Source: a virus (lineage: Duplodnaviria > Caudoviricetes). Taken from it: a DNA stretch of 40,675 nt. Position numbers and translations under genes: made by a program. Below the pieces are notes generated by a model. That model was not told where the DNA came from. It was given only the letters and a program-made list of their open reading frames with translations, and did no database searches. The stretch lies in IMG/VR virus record IMGVR_UViG_3300049000_000025, positions 1-40,675 of that record; one strand, given 5' to 3'. This document shows positions 1 to 8,246 of the stretch, piece after piece; the first letter of the stretch is position 1; the number at the start of each line of letters is the position of its first letter.

Positions 1-145
1 GGGCTTTTCCTGCTAAAAGAAAAACCTTATCCCAAAACCTCGATTTACTATCCAACGACACCATCATGAGGCAGCAAAAGGATATAAAAAACGTCACTAA
101 GGTGAATATCGGTAGCGCTACTGCTAATTTTTGCCAGAATTCCAT
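1..145 (-). CDS. 5' part of a 68-aa two-TM membrane protein spanning the genome join (continues at 40668..40607)
   Basis: Manual translation across the 7-nt overlap: MEFWQKLAVALPIFTLVTFFISFCCLMMVSLDSKSRFWDKVFLLAGKA|LMVEIAFYGAVFGIIVWRAN*. Confidence 0.7.
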   Translation of the reverse strand, partial: MEFWQKLAVALPIFTLVTFFISFCCLMMVSLDSKSRFWDKVFLLAGKA

Positions 146-187
146 TTTGCTTCCTTCCCCGGCCTCAGCCGGAATAGATGTAGAGGG

Positions 188-388
188 TTAGAGGGCGCAG
201 ATAGCCAAGAAGTCTGGCTTAGCCAGTTCTTTCAACTTGTCCGACAACTCGCGGCTGGCAAATTCGTGCGTCCACAATGACTCGCCTGCCAGTTTACTTG
301 CATACTCCTGCATGTCTGAAAACGATCCGCACAGTATTCCTGTAAATACACCAATCACTGCTGCTTGTTCCTTAGTCAGTCTTTCCAT
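188..388 (-). CDS. Hypothetical phage protein, 66 aa
   Basis: Strong RBS AGGAGG; first gene after the leftward promoter. Confidence 0.8.
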   Translation of the reverse strand: MERLTKEQAAVIGVFTGILCGSFSDMQEYASKLAGESLWTHEFASRELSDKLKELAKPDFLAICAL

Positions 389-411
389 GTGTTGCCTCCT
401 GATGTTTTTTA

Positions 412-440
412 AATGTAGACCAGGTTGCTAATTTTTGCAA
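412..440 (-). promoter_or_regulatory. Sigma70-like leftward promoter
   Basis: TTGCAA (440-435), 17 bp, TACATT (417-412). Confidence 0.6.
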
Positions 441-464
441 GTGTAATATTTTCCACATTCGCAC

Positions 465-493
465 TTGACATATGACGCGGCTATTGCCATACT
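465..493 (+). promoter_or_regulatory. Sigma70-like rightward promoter
   Basis: TTGACA (465-470), 17 bp, CATACT (488-493). Confidence 0.7.
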
Positions 494-499
494 CAATTC

Positions 500-688
500 A
501 TGATTATTCGCAAGAACGAACTGCCCGACTACTTGAAAAAGAAATACGGGACTGCGGTACAGGTCTCTGAGGCGCTTGGAGTGAGCCGGAACAGCGCAAC
601 CCACCTGCTCGCTGGACGGTTTTTCCCATCCGACGATTCCCTGCGAAAGATCGGCTTTGAGATAGCAGCCGTGACGGTAGCAAAATGA
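500..688 (+). CDS. Cro/XRE-like HTH regulator
   Basis: AVQVSEALGVSRNSATHLLAGRFFPS HTH pattern; located at divergent promoters. Confidence 0.75.
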   Translation: MIIRKNELPDYLKKKYGTAVQVSEALGVSRNSATHLLAGRFFPSDDSLRKIGFEIAAVTVAK

Positions 689-801
689 CAGATATCGCAT
701 GTGCAGGTATGAGCGTAAGCATCGCCATAGCTTTGGGTGCGCTTTCTATAAGCTTAGCGCTTGGGCGCGTTGCCGCTGCAATAGAAAAGGGTTCCAAATG
801 A
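685..801 (+). CDS. 38-aa single-TM peptide
   Basis: MTDIACAGMSVSIAIALGALSISLALGRVAAAIEKGSK; ATGA overlaps at both ends. Confidence 0.55.
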   Translation: MTDIACAGMSVSIAIALGALSISLALGRVAAAIEKGSK

Positions 802-1016
802 CCACAACCGATCCGCAGTTCGCCAACATGCTCCGCGTACGCAAGCATTTGTTCGCAGCCGAGCACAACCGCCTCAGCGCCCTTGCCTGCGACGGAACAC
901 AACTTGACCGTGCGCTTTACCTGCGTCGCCAGCGTGACTTTACCTACCTCGCCAAGCGTGCAGCCCGTACGGTGCCTGAGATTTACGAGCTTTACCCAGA
1001 ACTGAAGGAGGCGTGA
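798..1016 (+). CDS. Hypothetical protein
   Basis: Start MTTTDPQF; coupled to both neighbours. Confidence 0.65.
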   Translation: MTTTDPQFANMLRVRKHLFAAEHNRLSALACDGTQLDRALYLRRQRDFTYLAKRAARTVPEIYELYPELKEA

Positions 1017-1222
1017 TGCGATATCGCGTGCAGACAATACACAAGGCCGACAACCAGTGGTATGCCGAACTTCTGCCGCAAGAAGAAATCCAGTATGTAG
1101 ATGCTGGCGATTATTATTCCGCAGATGTTTCCGTATCAGTGCCGGTGTTTTTCTCTCAGACTATTGGGATGAAGTCAGGGGACATCGTTGAGATGTCAGT
1201 AAACATGAGGAAGGTCGCATAA
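1013..1222 (+). CDS. Hypothetical protein
   Basis: RBS AAGGAGG, GTGA overlap. Confidence 0.65.
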   Translation: MMRYRVQTIHKADNQWYAELLPQEEIQYVDAGDYYSADVSVSVPVFFSQTIGMKSGDIVEMSVNMRKVA

Positions 1223-1599
1223 TGGAACGCGCAACCTGCTCTGACTGCAATCTCATCCTGGATGAGTGCAAATGCCCGCCGGATACGTTCTGCAAATGGT
1301 GTCAATATCCGATTGTGCAGGATGGAGAATTTTGGTCCAAGCCCGTCAATTCGGAAAATCGCTTTATTTGTCCGAAAAGCAGATATTTGATAACACACGA
1401 ACCGGAGTACATTCCAACATTCGAAGATAAGCTCCGCGAGGAGAACCAGGTAATGCGCGAACTGCTGGAGCGGTTCGTGAAGGCGGATGAGGAAGCCTTA
1501 GTAGTCGCTGCTACGCCTGACAAAATGCGTAGAGCTTTTTCCATTCTGTGCGATGACATTGTTGACGAAACCCGCGATTTTCTATACGCCACCAAGTAG
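1222..1599 (+). CDS. Cys-rich (Zn-binding) hypothetical protein with coiled coil
   Basis: CxxC motifs; TAATG coupling. Confidence 0.65.
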   Translation: MERATCSDCNLILDECKCPPDTFCKWCQYPIVQDGEFWSKPVNSENRFICPKSRYLITHEPEYIPTFEDKLREENQVMRELLERFVKADEEALVVAATPDKMRRAFSILCDDIVDETRDFLYATK

Positions 1600-1630
1600 T
1601 CCGACACTACCAACCAGAGGAGGCACAGAG

Positions 1631-2185
1631 ATGGGCAAGAGTATGAAGGGGCACCAGCCGCAAGCCAGTAAGACGACGAGCTGGGTTACCCCGCGCGCGA
1701 TCTTGAACGCCTTGGGAGAGTTCGATTTGGACCCCTGCACACCTGATGAGATGCCTTGGGATACTGCCGCAAAGCGCTACACGGTAGCGGACGACGGATT
1801 AGCGATGCCGTGGTTTGGAAGGGTTTGGTTGAATCCGCCGTTCGACAAAGCGAACCGCTGGAATTTCCTGAAACGCATGGCTGAGCACGGTAATGGAATC
1901 GCCTTGGTTGCGGCATCAACCGAAGTCAAATGGTTCAAGCAGTGGGTATGGGGTTATGCAACTTCGATCCTGTTCCTATCGGAAAGACCTTACTTCCATC
2001 ATCCGGACGGCACAAGAGGTACTGCGAATTCTGGATGTTCGATCTGCCTCGTCGCTTACGGACATAGAAATAGCCGGAGCCTAGCGTCTAGCGGTTTGGG
2101 ATTCCACCTACCGATACGCGCAGTTTTGGAAGATTGCCCCAGATGTGACGGCATTGGATGTAACGCATGTCGAGTAGTTCAGTAG
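1631..2185 (+). CDS. Phage DNA N6-adenine methyltransferase (Dam-like)
   Basis: WVTP, FDLDPC, DGL..PW.GRVWLNPPF motifs; RBS GAGGAGG. Confidence 0.9.
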   Translation: MGKSMKGHQPQASKTTSWVTPRAILNALGEFDLDPCTPDEMPWDTAAKRYTVADDGLAMPWFGRVWLNPPFDKANRWNFLKRMAEHGNGIALVAASTEVKWFKQWVWGYATSILFLSERPYFHHPDGTRGTANSGCSICLVAYGHRNSRSLASSGLGFHLPIRAVLEDCPRCDGIGCNACRVVQ

Positions 2186-2208
2186 CCCCACCCAGAGGAG
2201 AGAAGACG

Positions 2209-2409
2209 ATGGCCTGCGAACACGGCTCGAGCGGATTCAATGATGAGCACTTCGAAGACGCGATTACACTCACTTTCTATTCCGCCTGCGATTGCTGCGA
2301 TGGGCTCATGCACAAAGACACCCCGTACCAAATGCACTCCGATGGGCGAACGCTCTGCTTCGTTTGTCGAGATGAATCAGAACCAGAGACTTTACCGGCT
2401 GAGTGGTAG
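2209..2409 (+). CDS. Small Zn-finger-like protein
   Basis: CDCC..CFVC; RBS GAGGAG. Confidence 0.6.
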   Translation: MACEHGSSGFNDEHFEDAITLTFYSACDCCDGLMHKDTPYQMHSDGRTLCFVCRDESEPETLPAEW

Positions 2410-2442
2410 CCGTCTAGCGCACCAGAGAGAGCGAGGGTAGAG

Positions 2443-2823
2443 ATGGCGACATCATGTGAAGTAAGACTCGGAGGCTATGAAGGCGACGAGGACAACGATT
2501 TCAACTGCTGGACTCAGACAACGAAGTGCGGTCACAAGTGTTTTGAGTGCGGCAAAACGATTCCTGGCGGAATTGCCCATGAACGCGCTACATGGTACGA
2601 CGAAGACCGAAAGCAGCGAACCGTATTTACCTGTGCCGTGTGCGCCGAAATCGCATGGGCATTCTACGACTGCCGCCTATATGGGCACCTGTGGGACAGC
2701 ATGGACGAAGAGTTTGGCAAGGTCACCACGGGATGCTTCACGAAGCTGAGAACCCCTGCTGCGAAGGCAGAATTTCAGCGCCAATGGATGAAGTGGGCTG
2801 GACTTGTACCACAGGCAGTTTAG
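2443..2823 (+). CDS. Zn-binding hypothetical phage protein
   Basis: HKCFECGKTI..G..HE and TCAVC motifs. Confidence 0.7.
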   Translation: MATSCEVRLGGYEGDEDNDFNCWTQTTKCGHKCFECGKTIPGGIAHERATWYDEDRKQRTVFTCAVCAEIAWAFYDCRLYGHLWDSMDEEFGKVTTGCFTKLRTPAAKAEFQRQWMKWAGLVPQAV

Positions 2824-2841
2824 AGAGCGAGGGTAAGGAAG

Positions 2842-3159
2842 ATGATACGAAGATACGATTGGAACACGGGCAAGGAGACTCCGAGTGGCGAGCATGTAAT
2901 GTACTCCGATTATGCCGCGCTTGGGCTTCAACTGGAAGCAGCCCTCACCGGCACCTACAAAGCCGTTCAGATGGCCAAAGAGTCCTTTGACAAGCTACAG
3001 GCCACCTTCGATGAAGTCCTGGCGCAGAAGGAAGCGCTGGAGAAGGAGCTGGCGATTGCGAAGCGTTTGGTTGAAAGAGCGACTCACTTCATGGACGGAC
3101 GTTCGGCATGGACCAAGAACGCTAAATCCTTTCTGGAGGCACCCCATGAAGCCAAATGA
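2842..3159 (+). CDS. Coiled-coil hypothetical protein
   Basis: GEHVMYSDYAAL followed by heptad pattern; RBS AAGGA. Confidence 0.7.
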   Translation: MIRRYDWNTGKETPSGEHVMYSDYAALGLQLEAALTGTYKAVQMAKESFDKLQATFDEVLAQKEALEKELAIAKRLVERATHFMDGRSAWTKNAKSFLEAPHEAK

Positions 3160-3367
3160 GAAGAGGTTTTATACCTTCAGCAGCTTACAACTGTACGCAA
3201 TTGAGGCACTTGGTCAAGGCGCTCATGGGTTCCTTATACATCCACGGACTGCCAGATCCCTCGTTAGCCATAAGTTGATCGAGCCGAATGGCCCGATGGC
3301 ATATCGGCTCACCGAACGCGGAACGAAATTATTCAATGCCTTGGAGGTTCCAGTTGAAGCCAAATAA
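3146..3367 (+). CDS. Small winged-helix-like protein
   Basis: RTARSLVSHKLIE...YRLTERG; RBS GGAGG. Confidence 0.6.
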   Translation: MKPNEKRFYTFSSLQLYAIEALGQGAHGFLIHPRTARSLVSHKLIEPNGPMAYRLTERGTKLFNALEVPVEAK

Positions 3368-4118
3368 GCCCACGCAAGAGGAAGAAGAGCGCGCTGCGTT
3401 TGCCAGAGAGAACCGCGCAAAGTGGCCTAACAATTCCACCCAGCCCACGGTAGGCGAGCAGACCCACAAACCAGCGGTCGAAGGCTATGAAGATCATGTC
3501 TCTTATATCCGCTGCACCTGTGGACAGGAATTTCATTCTATGCCGGGTAAGGGACTAGATAATTACCGGTCGTTCGACCAGCACTGCAAACAAGGAAATG
3601 CCTCTCCCACTCCCATTCCGATAGGCGAGCAAGCCGAAGGAATAGTTACCTGCAAATGGTGCGGAACATCGGCTGACGCCCAAGTTTGCCCAGAATGCTT
3701 CGCAACCCTGAATGAGACCGGTGTGCAGATTCTCGATCCCTTGACCGCAGACGAAATTGCCGACCGGTTAGGAGAGATCCACAAATACGTGCAGCTACAA
3801 ATTAACGATAAGTGGGACTGGATGAGCGCGGCGTTCTACACCGAACAGCTCCGCACCTTGTCGAACATGGCGTCTCCCATACCTATTCCGGTGGGTGAGC
3901 AAGCGGAACCGTTTTGCCTTTGGTGCGGTGACGAACCTGACCATAAATGCGGAGATGGGCATTCATGTGGAACCTGCTGTGCGATCTGGGGAGGCCTGAC
4001 GCTCGAAGATCCGCATGCTTATAGCTGGCTAAGTGAGCGCGTGAGGCCGCGCATCGTTGCTGCCCTTGCTGAGGTCGAACGATTGAAAAGGGAGGTATCG
4101 AATGCAGAAGAAAACTGA
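3354..4118 (+). CDS. Modular Cys-rich protein with repeated P(I/V)GEQ linkers
   Basis: TTG start after GGAGG; three CxC/CxxC modules separated by repeated linkers. Confidence 0.65.
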   Translation: MKPNKPTQEEEERAAFARENRAKWPNNSTQPTVGEQTHKPAVEGYEDHVSYIRCTCGQEFHSMPGKGLDNYRSFDQHCKQGNASPTPIPIGEQAEGIVTCKWCGTSADAQVCPECFATLNETGVQILDPLTADEIADRLGEIHKYVQLQINDKWDWMSAAFYTEQLRTLSNMASPIPIPVGEQAEPFCLWCGDEPDHKCGDGHSCGTCCAIWGGLTLEDPHAYSWLSERVRPRIVAALAEVERLKREVSNAEEN

Positions 4119-4302
4119 TCCGGTAGGCGAGCAGAGAGTCAGCGACGAGGCCTTCGATACGTGGTATCGGGAAAACGGCGAGGAAACCATGACCAACATC
4201 TTGCGAACCTATCGGGAATCGGCCCGGATCGTTTGGGATGCAGCTTTATCCTCCCAGAGTGCTGCCGTAGCGGAAGAGAAGGCAAACCATGCCAAAGGTT
4301 AA
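4102..4302 (+). CDS. Hypothetical protein
   Basis: RBS GGAGGT; begins with the same PVGEQ motif. Confidence 0.6.
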   Translation: MQKKTDPVGEQRVSDEAFDTWYRENGEETMTNILRTYRESARIVWDAALSSQSAAVAEEKANHAKG

Positions 4303-4921
4303 GCCGCTGTCGGATACGCTAAAACCCGATGAACTGGAAATGCGATCCATGTTCGCAACGTCCGGAAGTGAGCGGGAACTCCGTGGCAAGATGCTGTTTT
4401 CTGTCTGTAGCCAGTCATACAGTCACTCAGGCCTCATCGAAGTTGAAGTTGGAGCGGATGGCCTAAACATTCGCTGGATGGGTGAAGAAGAATGGCAACC
4501 GGTCCTCTGGCATGACCTCGTGCTCTTCGCCGGATCTATAGACAAGGTGTGGAAAGAGAATCTTGAGTGGGAGCGGGAACGAGCCTACAACGAAATGGTG
4601 GTAGGACTGGCCATGGCTGAAGCAGCTCAGGCAGATTGGAACCGAGGGAAAATGAAAGTTATGGCAGGCCAGCAGGAAAACGCCGCTCCCGCTGCTGCCG
4701 TAGAAGATACCCGCACAGCCCTCGATTCCCTCGCTCAGGATGAAGTCAAAGATGGCCTGTATGACAAAATTCTGATCGCAGTGGAGGACGAGAAGTGTTC
4801 CTGCGGACATAATAGAAAGCACCACATGAACGAGAAAATGGATTTGTACGGGTATTGCGTAGCTTTAGACTGCAAATGCGCTTCATATAACCCGCCGTTA
4901 AATATCGGAGGCACTAAATGA
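4289..4921 (+). CDS. Hypothetical protein with C-terminal Cys/His motif
   Basis: 210-aa ORF; CSCGH..H..C..C.C. Confidence 0.65.
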   Translation: MPKVKPLSDTLKPDELEMRSMFATSGSERELRGKMLFSVCSQSYSHSGLIEVEVGADGLNIRWMGEEEWQPVLWHDLVLFAGSIDKVWKENLEWERERAYNEMVVGLAMAEAAQADWNRGKMKVMAGQQENAAPAAAVEDTRTALDSLAQDEVKDGLYDKILIAVEDEKCSCGHNRKHHMNEKMDLYGYCVALDCKCASYNPPLNIGGTK

Positions 4922-5070
4922 GAAACCTACTGCAATTCTTCCTCTACGCTTTCGCGTTTATCCAGGCTGCGCGGGAGATGGAATCATGGGAAGCCTACGA
5001 AGATGGGCGCTCGGTGAAGCTGGGCTATGTGGCTTCGGCTGCGGAGGCTGTTCATGAAGCGCATAGATAA
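4918..5070 (+). CDS. 50-aa hypothetical protein
   Basis: RBS GGAGG, ATGA overlap; manual translation. Confidence 0.5.
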   Translation: MRNLLQFFLYAFAFIQAAREMESWEAYEDGRSVKLGYVASAAEAVHEAHR

Positions 5071-5146
5071 CCCTGAATTCTGGTTCCGCGTGATGTTTGC
5101 GGGGATCTGCGCGGCTGTGGTGGTGCTGGTGGAGGTGTACCGATGA
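5054..5146 (+). CDS. 30-aa single-TM peptide
   Basis: MKRIDNPEFWFRVMFAGICAAVVVLVEVYR; RBS GGAGG. Confidence 0.5.
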   Translation: MKRIDNPEFWFRVMFAGICAAVVVLVEVYR

Positions 5147-5430
5147 AGAGATCACCTATCAAGAAAGTACGCGCTAAGCCTCGCCCTGGTCGCGTCAAGG
5201 GTGCAGAGATGGCCGCGCTGCGGGATGCAAGCTGGTTTCAGCATAAAGGGCTGTGTTGCTTTTGTGGACAGTACGTGCCGCATGAAACTTTCGTGCTTGC
5301 CCACATCCGCGCTAAGCGACGCCATGGAGATCATCTGGAGAACGTGGCCCCAGCCCATGGTTATTGTCACGTTTTATCTCACAATTGCGACGGAAAACCG
5401 TGTCCGGCAAAGGTGAAATACGATGCTTAG
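5143..5430 (+). CDS. HNH endonuclease-like protein
   Basis: CCFCG...AHI...GD..ENV...HGYCH...H. Confidence 0.75.
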   Translation: MKRSPIKKVRAKPRPGRVKGAEMAALRDASWFQHKGLCCFCGQYVPHETFVLAHIRAKRRHGDHLENVAPAHGYCHVLSHNCDGKPCPAKVKYDA

Positions 5431-5803
5431 GCTCTCTATTCCAGGGCATCCGCCTAGCGTTAACCATTACGTGAAACACATCGCTTTCGGCAGGTCGGTG
5501 AGGCACTACGTTACACCTGAGGGAGTCTCATACAAGCGCACTGTGGCTTATATCGCTGACGGACAGACGGTTGCTCCAGAAAGCGACAAGGAACGCAAGA
5601 AGACCCGCTACAGGCTCAAAGCAACAGTATTCTTAGGCACAAAGAAGCGAGGTGATGGGGATAATTTCTGGAAGTGTATTGGCGATGGCCTTAAAGAAGC
5701 TGGCGTGATCCATTCTGATGCTGCGGTGGATGAGTGGATCATGATAATTGACCGCAGTGAACGCGACAATCCCCGTACGGAAATAGAAGTTGAAAGGATT
5801 TGA
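5423..5803 (+). CDS. rusA: RusA-family Holliday junction resolvase
   Basis: PPSVNHY, DGDNFWKCIGDGL..AGVI.SDA.V, PRTEIEV. Confidence 0.88.
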   Translation: MLRLSIPGHPPSVNHYVKHIAFGRSVRHYVTPEGVSYKRTVAYIADGQTVAPESDKERKKTRYRLKATVFLGTKKRGDGDNFWKCIGDGLKEAGVIHSDAAVDEWIMIIDRSERDNPRTEIEVERI

Positions 5804-5805
5804 AA

Positions 5806-5940
5806 ATGCCAGCAACCGCGCATGGAATATCGCAAGAGACGTTCTACCAATGGCTGGCGATCTATGAGAAAGATCTTCCAGCCGACAAAGCACCCGCAGC
5901 ATGGCTGAAGTTCTGCCAATGGAACAAGTACGGTAACTAA
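5806..5940 (+). CDS. 44-aa hypothetical protein
   Basis: RBS AAGGA; manual translation MPATAHGISQETFYQW... Confidence 0.45.
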   Translation: MPATAHGISQETFYQWLAIYEKDLPADKAPAAWLKFCQWNKYGN

Positions 5941-5965
5941 ACGCTACAATCGCACAGGAGATCAT

Positions 5966-6181
5966 ATGAACCCAGAATTCGAAGTTCACATCTTAAACGA
6001 AGCAGGAATCGAGAAGGCAAAGGCAATCGCAGAGTCCTTTGACGAGCTTCTAACTCACCTTAAGGGCACACTTCCCCAGGGCCGTTACTTGTCCCTTGTC
6101 AGTACAAAGCTCGAAGAAGCATCATTCTTCGCAAAGAAGGCCATGGCATCATCCCCAGAAAATCAAAAGGAGAAGGCATGA
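5966..6181 (+). CDS. Acb2/Tad1-like helical-hairpin protein (candidate cyclic-nucleotide sponge)
   Basis: F..H..N..G..K...IA..F..L..........P.GR.LSL..TKLEEA.F.A.KA.A pattern; RBS AGGAG. Confidence 0.65.
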   Translation: MNPEFEVHILNEAGIEKAKAIAESFDELLTHLKGTLPQGRYLSLVSTKLEEASFFAKKAMASSPENQKEKA

Positions 6182-6771
6182 AACGAGCACTCGCAGGCTT
6201 GGCCCTGAGTCTCACGCTTATGACAGGATGCGCCCATAACGCTTCTGTCGGTTCGCCTACGTCCACAAGCACCCCGTACCAGAAGGCCGCTGTTGGCATG
6301 AGCAATTTTGCCAGCGACGTGCAGCAGGTACAGACCATCGAAATCAACCTGTACAAGGGCACAGCGGTGTCCGCAGACTTCCACCGTACGTTTCAGTCGT
6401 CCATGAAGCAGGTGAGTGTCTACGGGCCTCAGATCGATGCCCTGATTGCTGCTGGAGCTGCCCCTGCAACCATCCAAGCCAAGATCTCAACCGCGCTTGG
6501 CCTGGTATCGAATATCCTGCTTTCGACGAACACGCTTGACCCCAACACCGCCGCCCAGCTCAAGGTCGCGGTACAGGCACTCCAACTGCTTCTCAACAAT
6601 GTCTCGCTGTCACTGAACGCGACGACTTCGGAGGTAACACATGGATCCAGCACAGATCGCACTGCTTTTGGAACAGCTTATTTCTCTCGGGTTTACTATT
6701 TACCAGCAGGTCCAGGCACAAGATACGACTGGATCGGTAAAACCACTGGCGGATATCTTATCCGAGGCTGA
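6178..6771 (+). CDS. Predicted lipoprotein, helical
   Basis: MKR + hydrophobic stretch + MTGC lipobox. Confidence 0.75.
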   Translation: MKRALAGLALSLTLMTGCAHNASVGSPTSTSTPYQKAAVGMSNFASDVQQVQTIEINLYKGTAVSADFHRTFQSSMKQVSVYGPQIDALIAAGAAPATIQAKISTALGLVSNILLSTNTLDPNTAAQLKVAVQALQLLLNNVSLSLNATTSEVTHGSSTDRTAFGTAYFSRVYYLPAGPGTRYDWIGKTTGGYLIRG

Positions 6772-6841
6772 TGCCAAGTTCGCCCAGATCGGCGCAACGG
6801 CTGATTCGGAACTGGCCAAACTTCCATCAGAAAACGCCTGA
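6641..6841 (+). CDS. Small amphipathic helical protein overlapping the lipoprotein 3' end
   Basis: Strong RBS GGAGGT; 66 aa. Confidence 0.7.
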   Translation: MDPAQIALLLEQLISLGFTIYQQVQAQDTTGSVKPLADILSEADAKFAQIGATADSELAKLPSENA

Positions 6842-6885
6842 CCTAGAGCAGGGATGTAAGCAAATAACTGACTCCAGCCCCGCCC

Positions 6886-7092
6886 TCAGAAGCGGGGTTC
6901 TTTTCTGACCACAACAATCCCCACGGGAGGCGGCTTGAGGCACGAAAGTCTTTGCTTCTTTAGTATTTCTGCCTCTTTAGCTTTGCTATGTTTGAATAGC
7001 TTCATGGCTATAGCGTAATCTCTTGGCGAAAGCTTAGTGGAGCCATCCCACTCCCGTATGCGCTGCGATATGGTCGTTTTCTTTTTCCTCAT
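6886..7092 (-). CDS. Small, highly basic protein
   Basis: RBS AAAGGAG; K/R-rich 68 aa. Confidence 0.6.
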   Translation of the reverse strand: MRKKKTTISQRIREWDGSTKLSPRDYAIAMKLFKHSKAKEAEILKKQRLSCLKPPPVGIVVVRKEPRF

Positions 7093-7099
7093 AAATCTC

Positions 7100-7580
7100 C
7101 TTTAAGACGCACCCATTCCCTATGAGCAAAGCTCAGTCTTGGTACTTACGTAGGTAGAAGAAAGAGACTCTTGATCGGTAAACTCAGCTTAGTATGCCCC
7201 TTGCGGGTTTGCTCATAAGACCGGGACGTATGGGTTTTAGCATGATCGATTACATGCCCGGAGCCCGGTTTTCGCTGAATTACCCTTTCATGTGGTGCCT
7301 ATGCCACTAGTCTTTGCTGAAGCAAGCCGTTTTTTCGTCGGTAAAGGTTATTGTCTTGCGAACCAACCGCTCGATATTCTGAGTGATTTCTTCTACGTCA
7401 GCAAGACTATTGCAACATATCTGGCATCTCATGTAAAGTAGGAAGTGCGGGGATGCCAAGATTTCTGTCGGCGTCAGCACCCTCCTAAAATCTTGCAACC
7501 TCGGCACCCCGCACACTTTCCCTTCCCAAAACACAAGAGAAAACCCCAGCGTACCTTTCGGAAGAGGCTGGGGCCGTGTT
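7100..7580 (-). ncRNA. Candidate structured non-coding RNA / origin element A
   Basis: Stems 7544-7550/7567-7573, 7445-7452/7507-7514, 7457-7464/7488-7495, 7121-7130/7208-7217; downstream of an extended -10 promoter. Confidence 0.45.
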
Positions 7581-7586
7581 GGTATG

Positions 7587-7595
7587 ATTATATCA
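7587..7595 (-). promoter_or_regulatory. Consensus extended -10 element
   Basis: TGATATAAT on the minus strand. Confidence 0.6.
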
Positions 7596-7635
7596 TGACG
7601 CCTATAGGCTTCAGATGTTTCTACTGGTTGCCTTA

Positions 7636-7662
7636 AACACGAAAGCCCCTCGGACAAGGGGC
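7636..7662 (-). terminator. Probable intrinsic terminator of the lysis operon
   Basis: GCCCCT-tgtccg-AGGGGC followed by TTTCGTGTTT on the minus strand. Confidence 0.55.
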
Positions 7663-7866
7663 AAACGTGGAGTAGCAACATGGAGCAACAATGGTGAATA
7701 TACGATACCACATTTATATCTTGCCAATCTTCAATTCATGCGCCTATTGTGTCGCCATGACAAACGACGACTTCTACCCGCACGCAAAAGCATCCGTCCG
7801 CATGTGGCGCTCCTGCTTCATTACCGGCGCATTCTTCTACGCTATTCTGCTGGGCTGGCTGGTAAG

Positions 7867-7959
7867 TTAGGCATTCTCGTCCATGAACCAGATGAGCGCA
7901 AGCATGGAGAACACTGCTGCTACCACGCCCAGCACGGTCGCTATGGCGTGCCAGTTCAT
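7867..7959 (-). CDS. 30-aa single-TM peptide in the lysis cassette
   Basis: MNWHAIATVLGVVAAVFSMLALIWFMDENA; ATGA coupling. Confidence 0.5.
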   Translation of the reverse strand: MNWHAIATVLGVVAAVFSMLALIWFMDENA

Positions 7960-8246
7960 TTATCCACCACAGGTACTGCCTTGGGATCATCAGGAATCGC
8001 ATGAGCAGCCACCACCTGCGGTTCTGCAATGCCAGGTACCTTTGCCAGCACAGTGTCAGGGTCTTTCTGAATCGCGCCAATCCAGATCTTGCCCACCACC
8101 TGAAATGCGCCAAGCCAGAGAACATGTTTTGGTGCAATCAGCGAGTTGAGCGGAGGCGCGAGGAATGCGGCCGAAGTCGCCAAGGTTGTGGTAAGAATGC
8201 TGGATACGGTGGACTTCCAGCTTGCAAATGCGTTTTGTAAGCTCAT
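7956..8246 (-). CDS. Holin-like membrane protein
   Basis: SWKST..., two hydrophobic segments; coupled to the lysozyme; RBS GGAGG. Confidence 0.6.
   Translation of the reverse strand: MSLQNAFASWKSTVSSILTTTLATSAAFLAPPLNSLIAPKHVLWLGAFQVVGKIWIGAIQKDPDTVLAKVPGIAEPQVVAAHAIPDDPKAVPVVDK

Noticed and set aside
7100-7300. Group I intron or small self-cleaving ribozyme
   Set aside because: Could not identify P7 R/S elements or a hammerhead core by eye; no interrupted gene
7307-7711. 134-aa minus-strand ORF
   Set aside because: No convincing start or RBS; crosses a terminator, promoter and strong hairpins; treated as non-coding but not excluded
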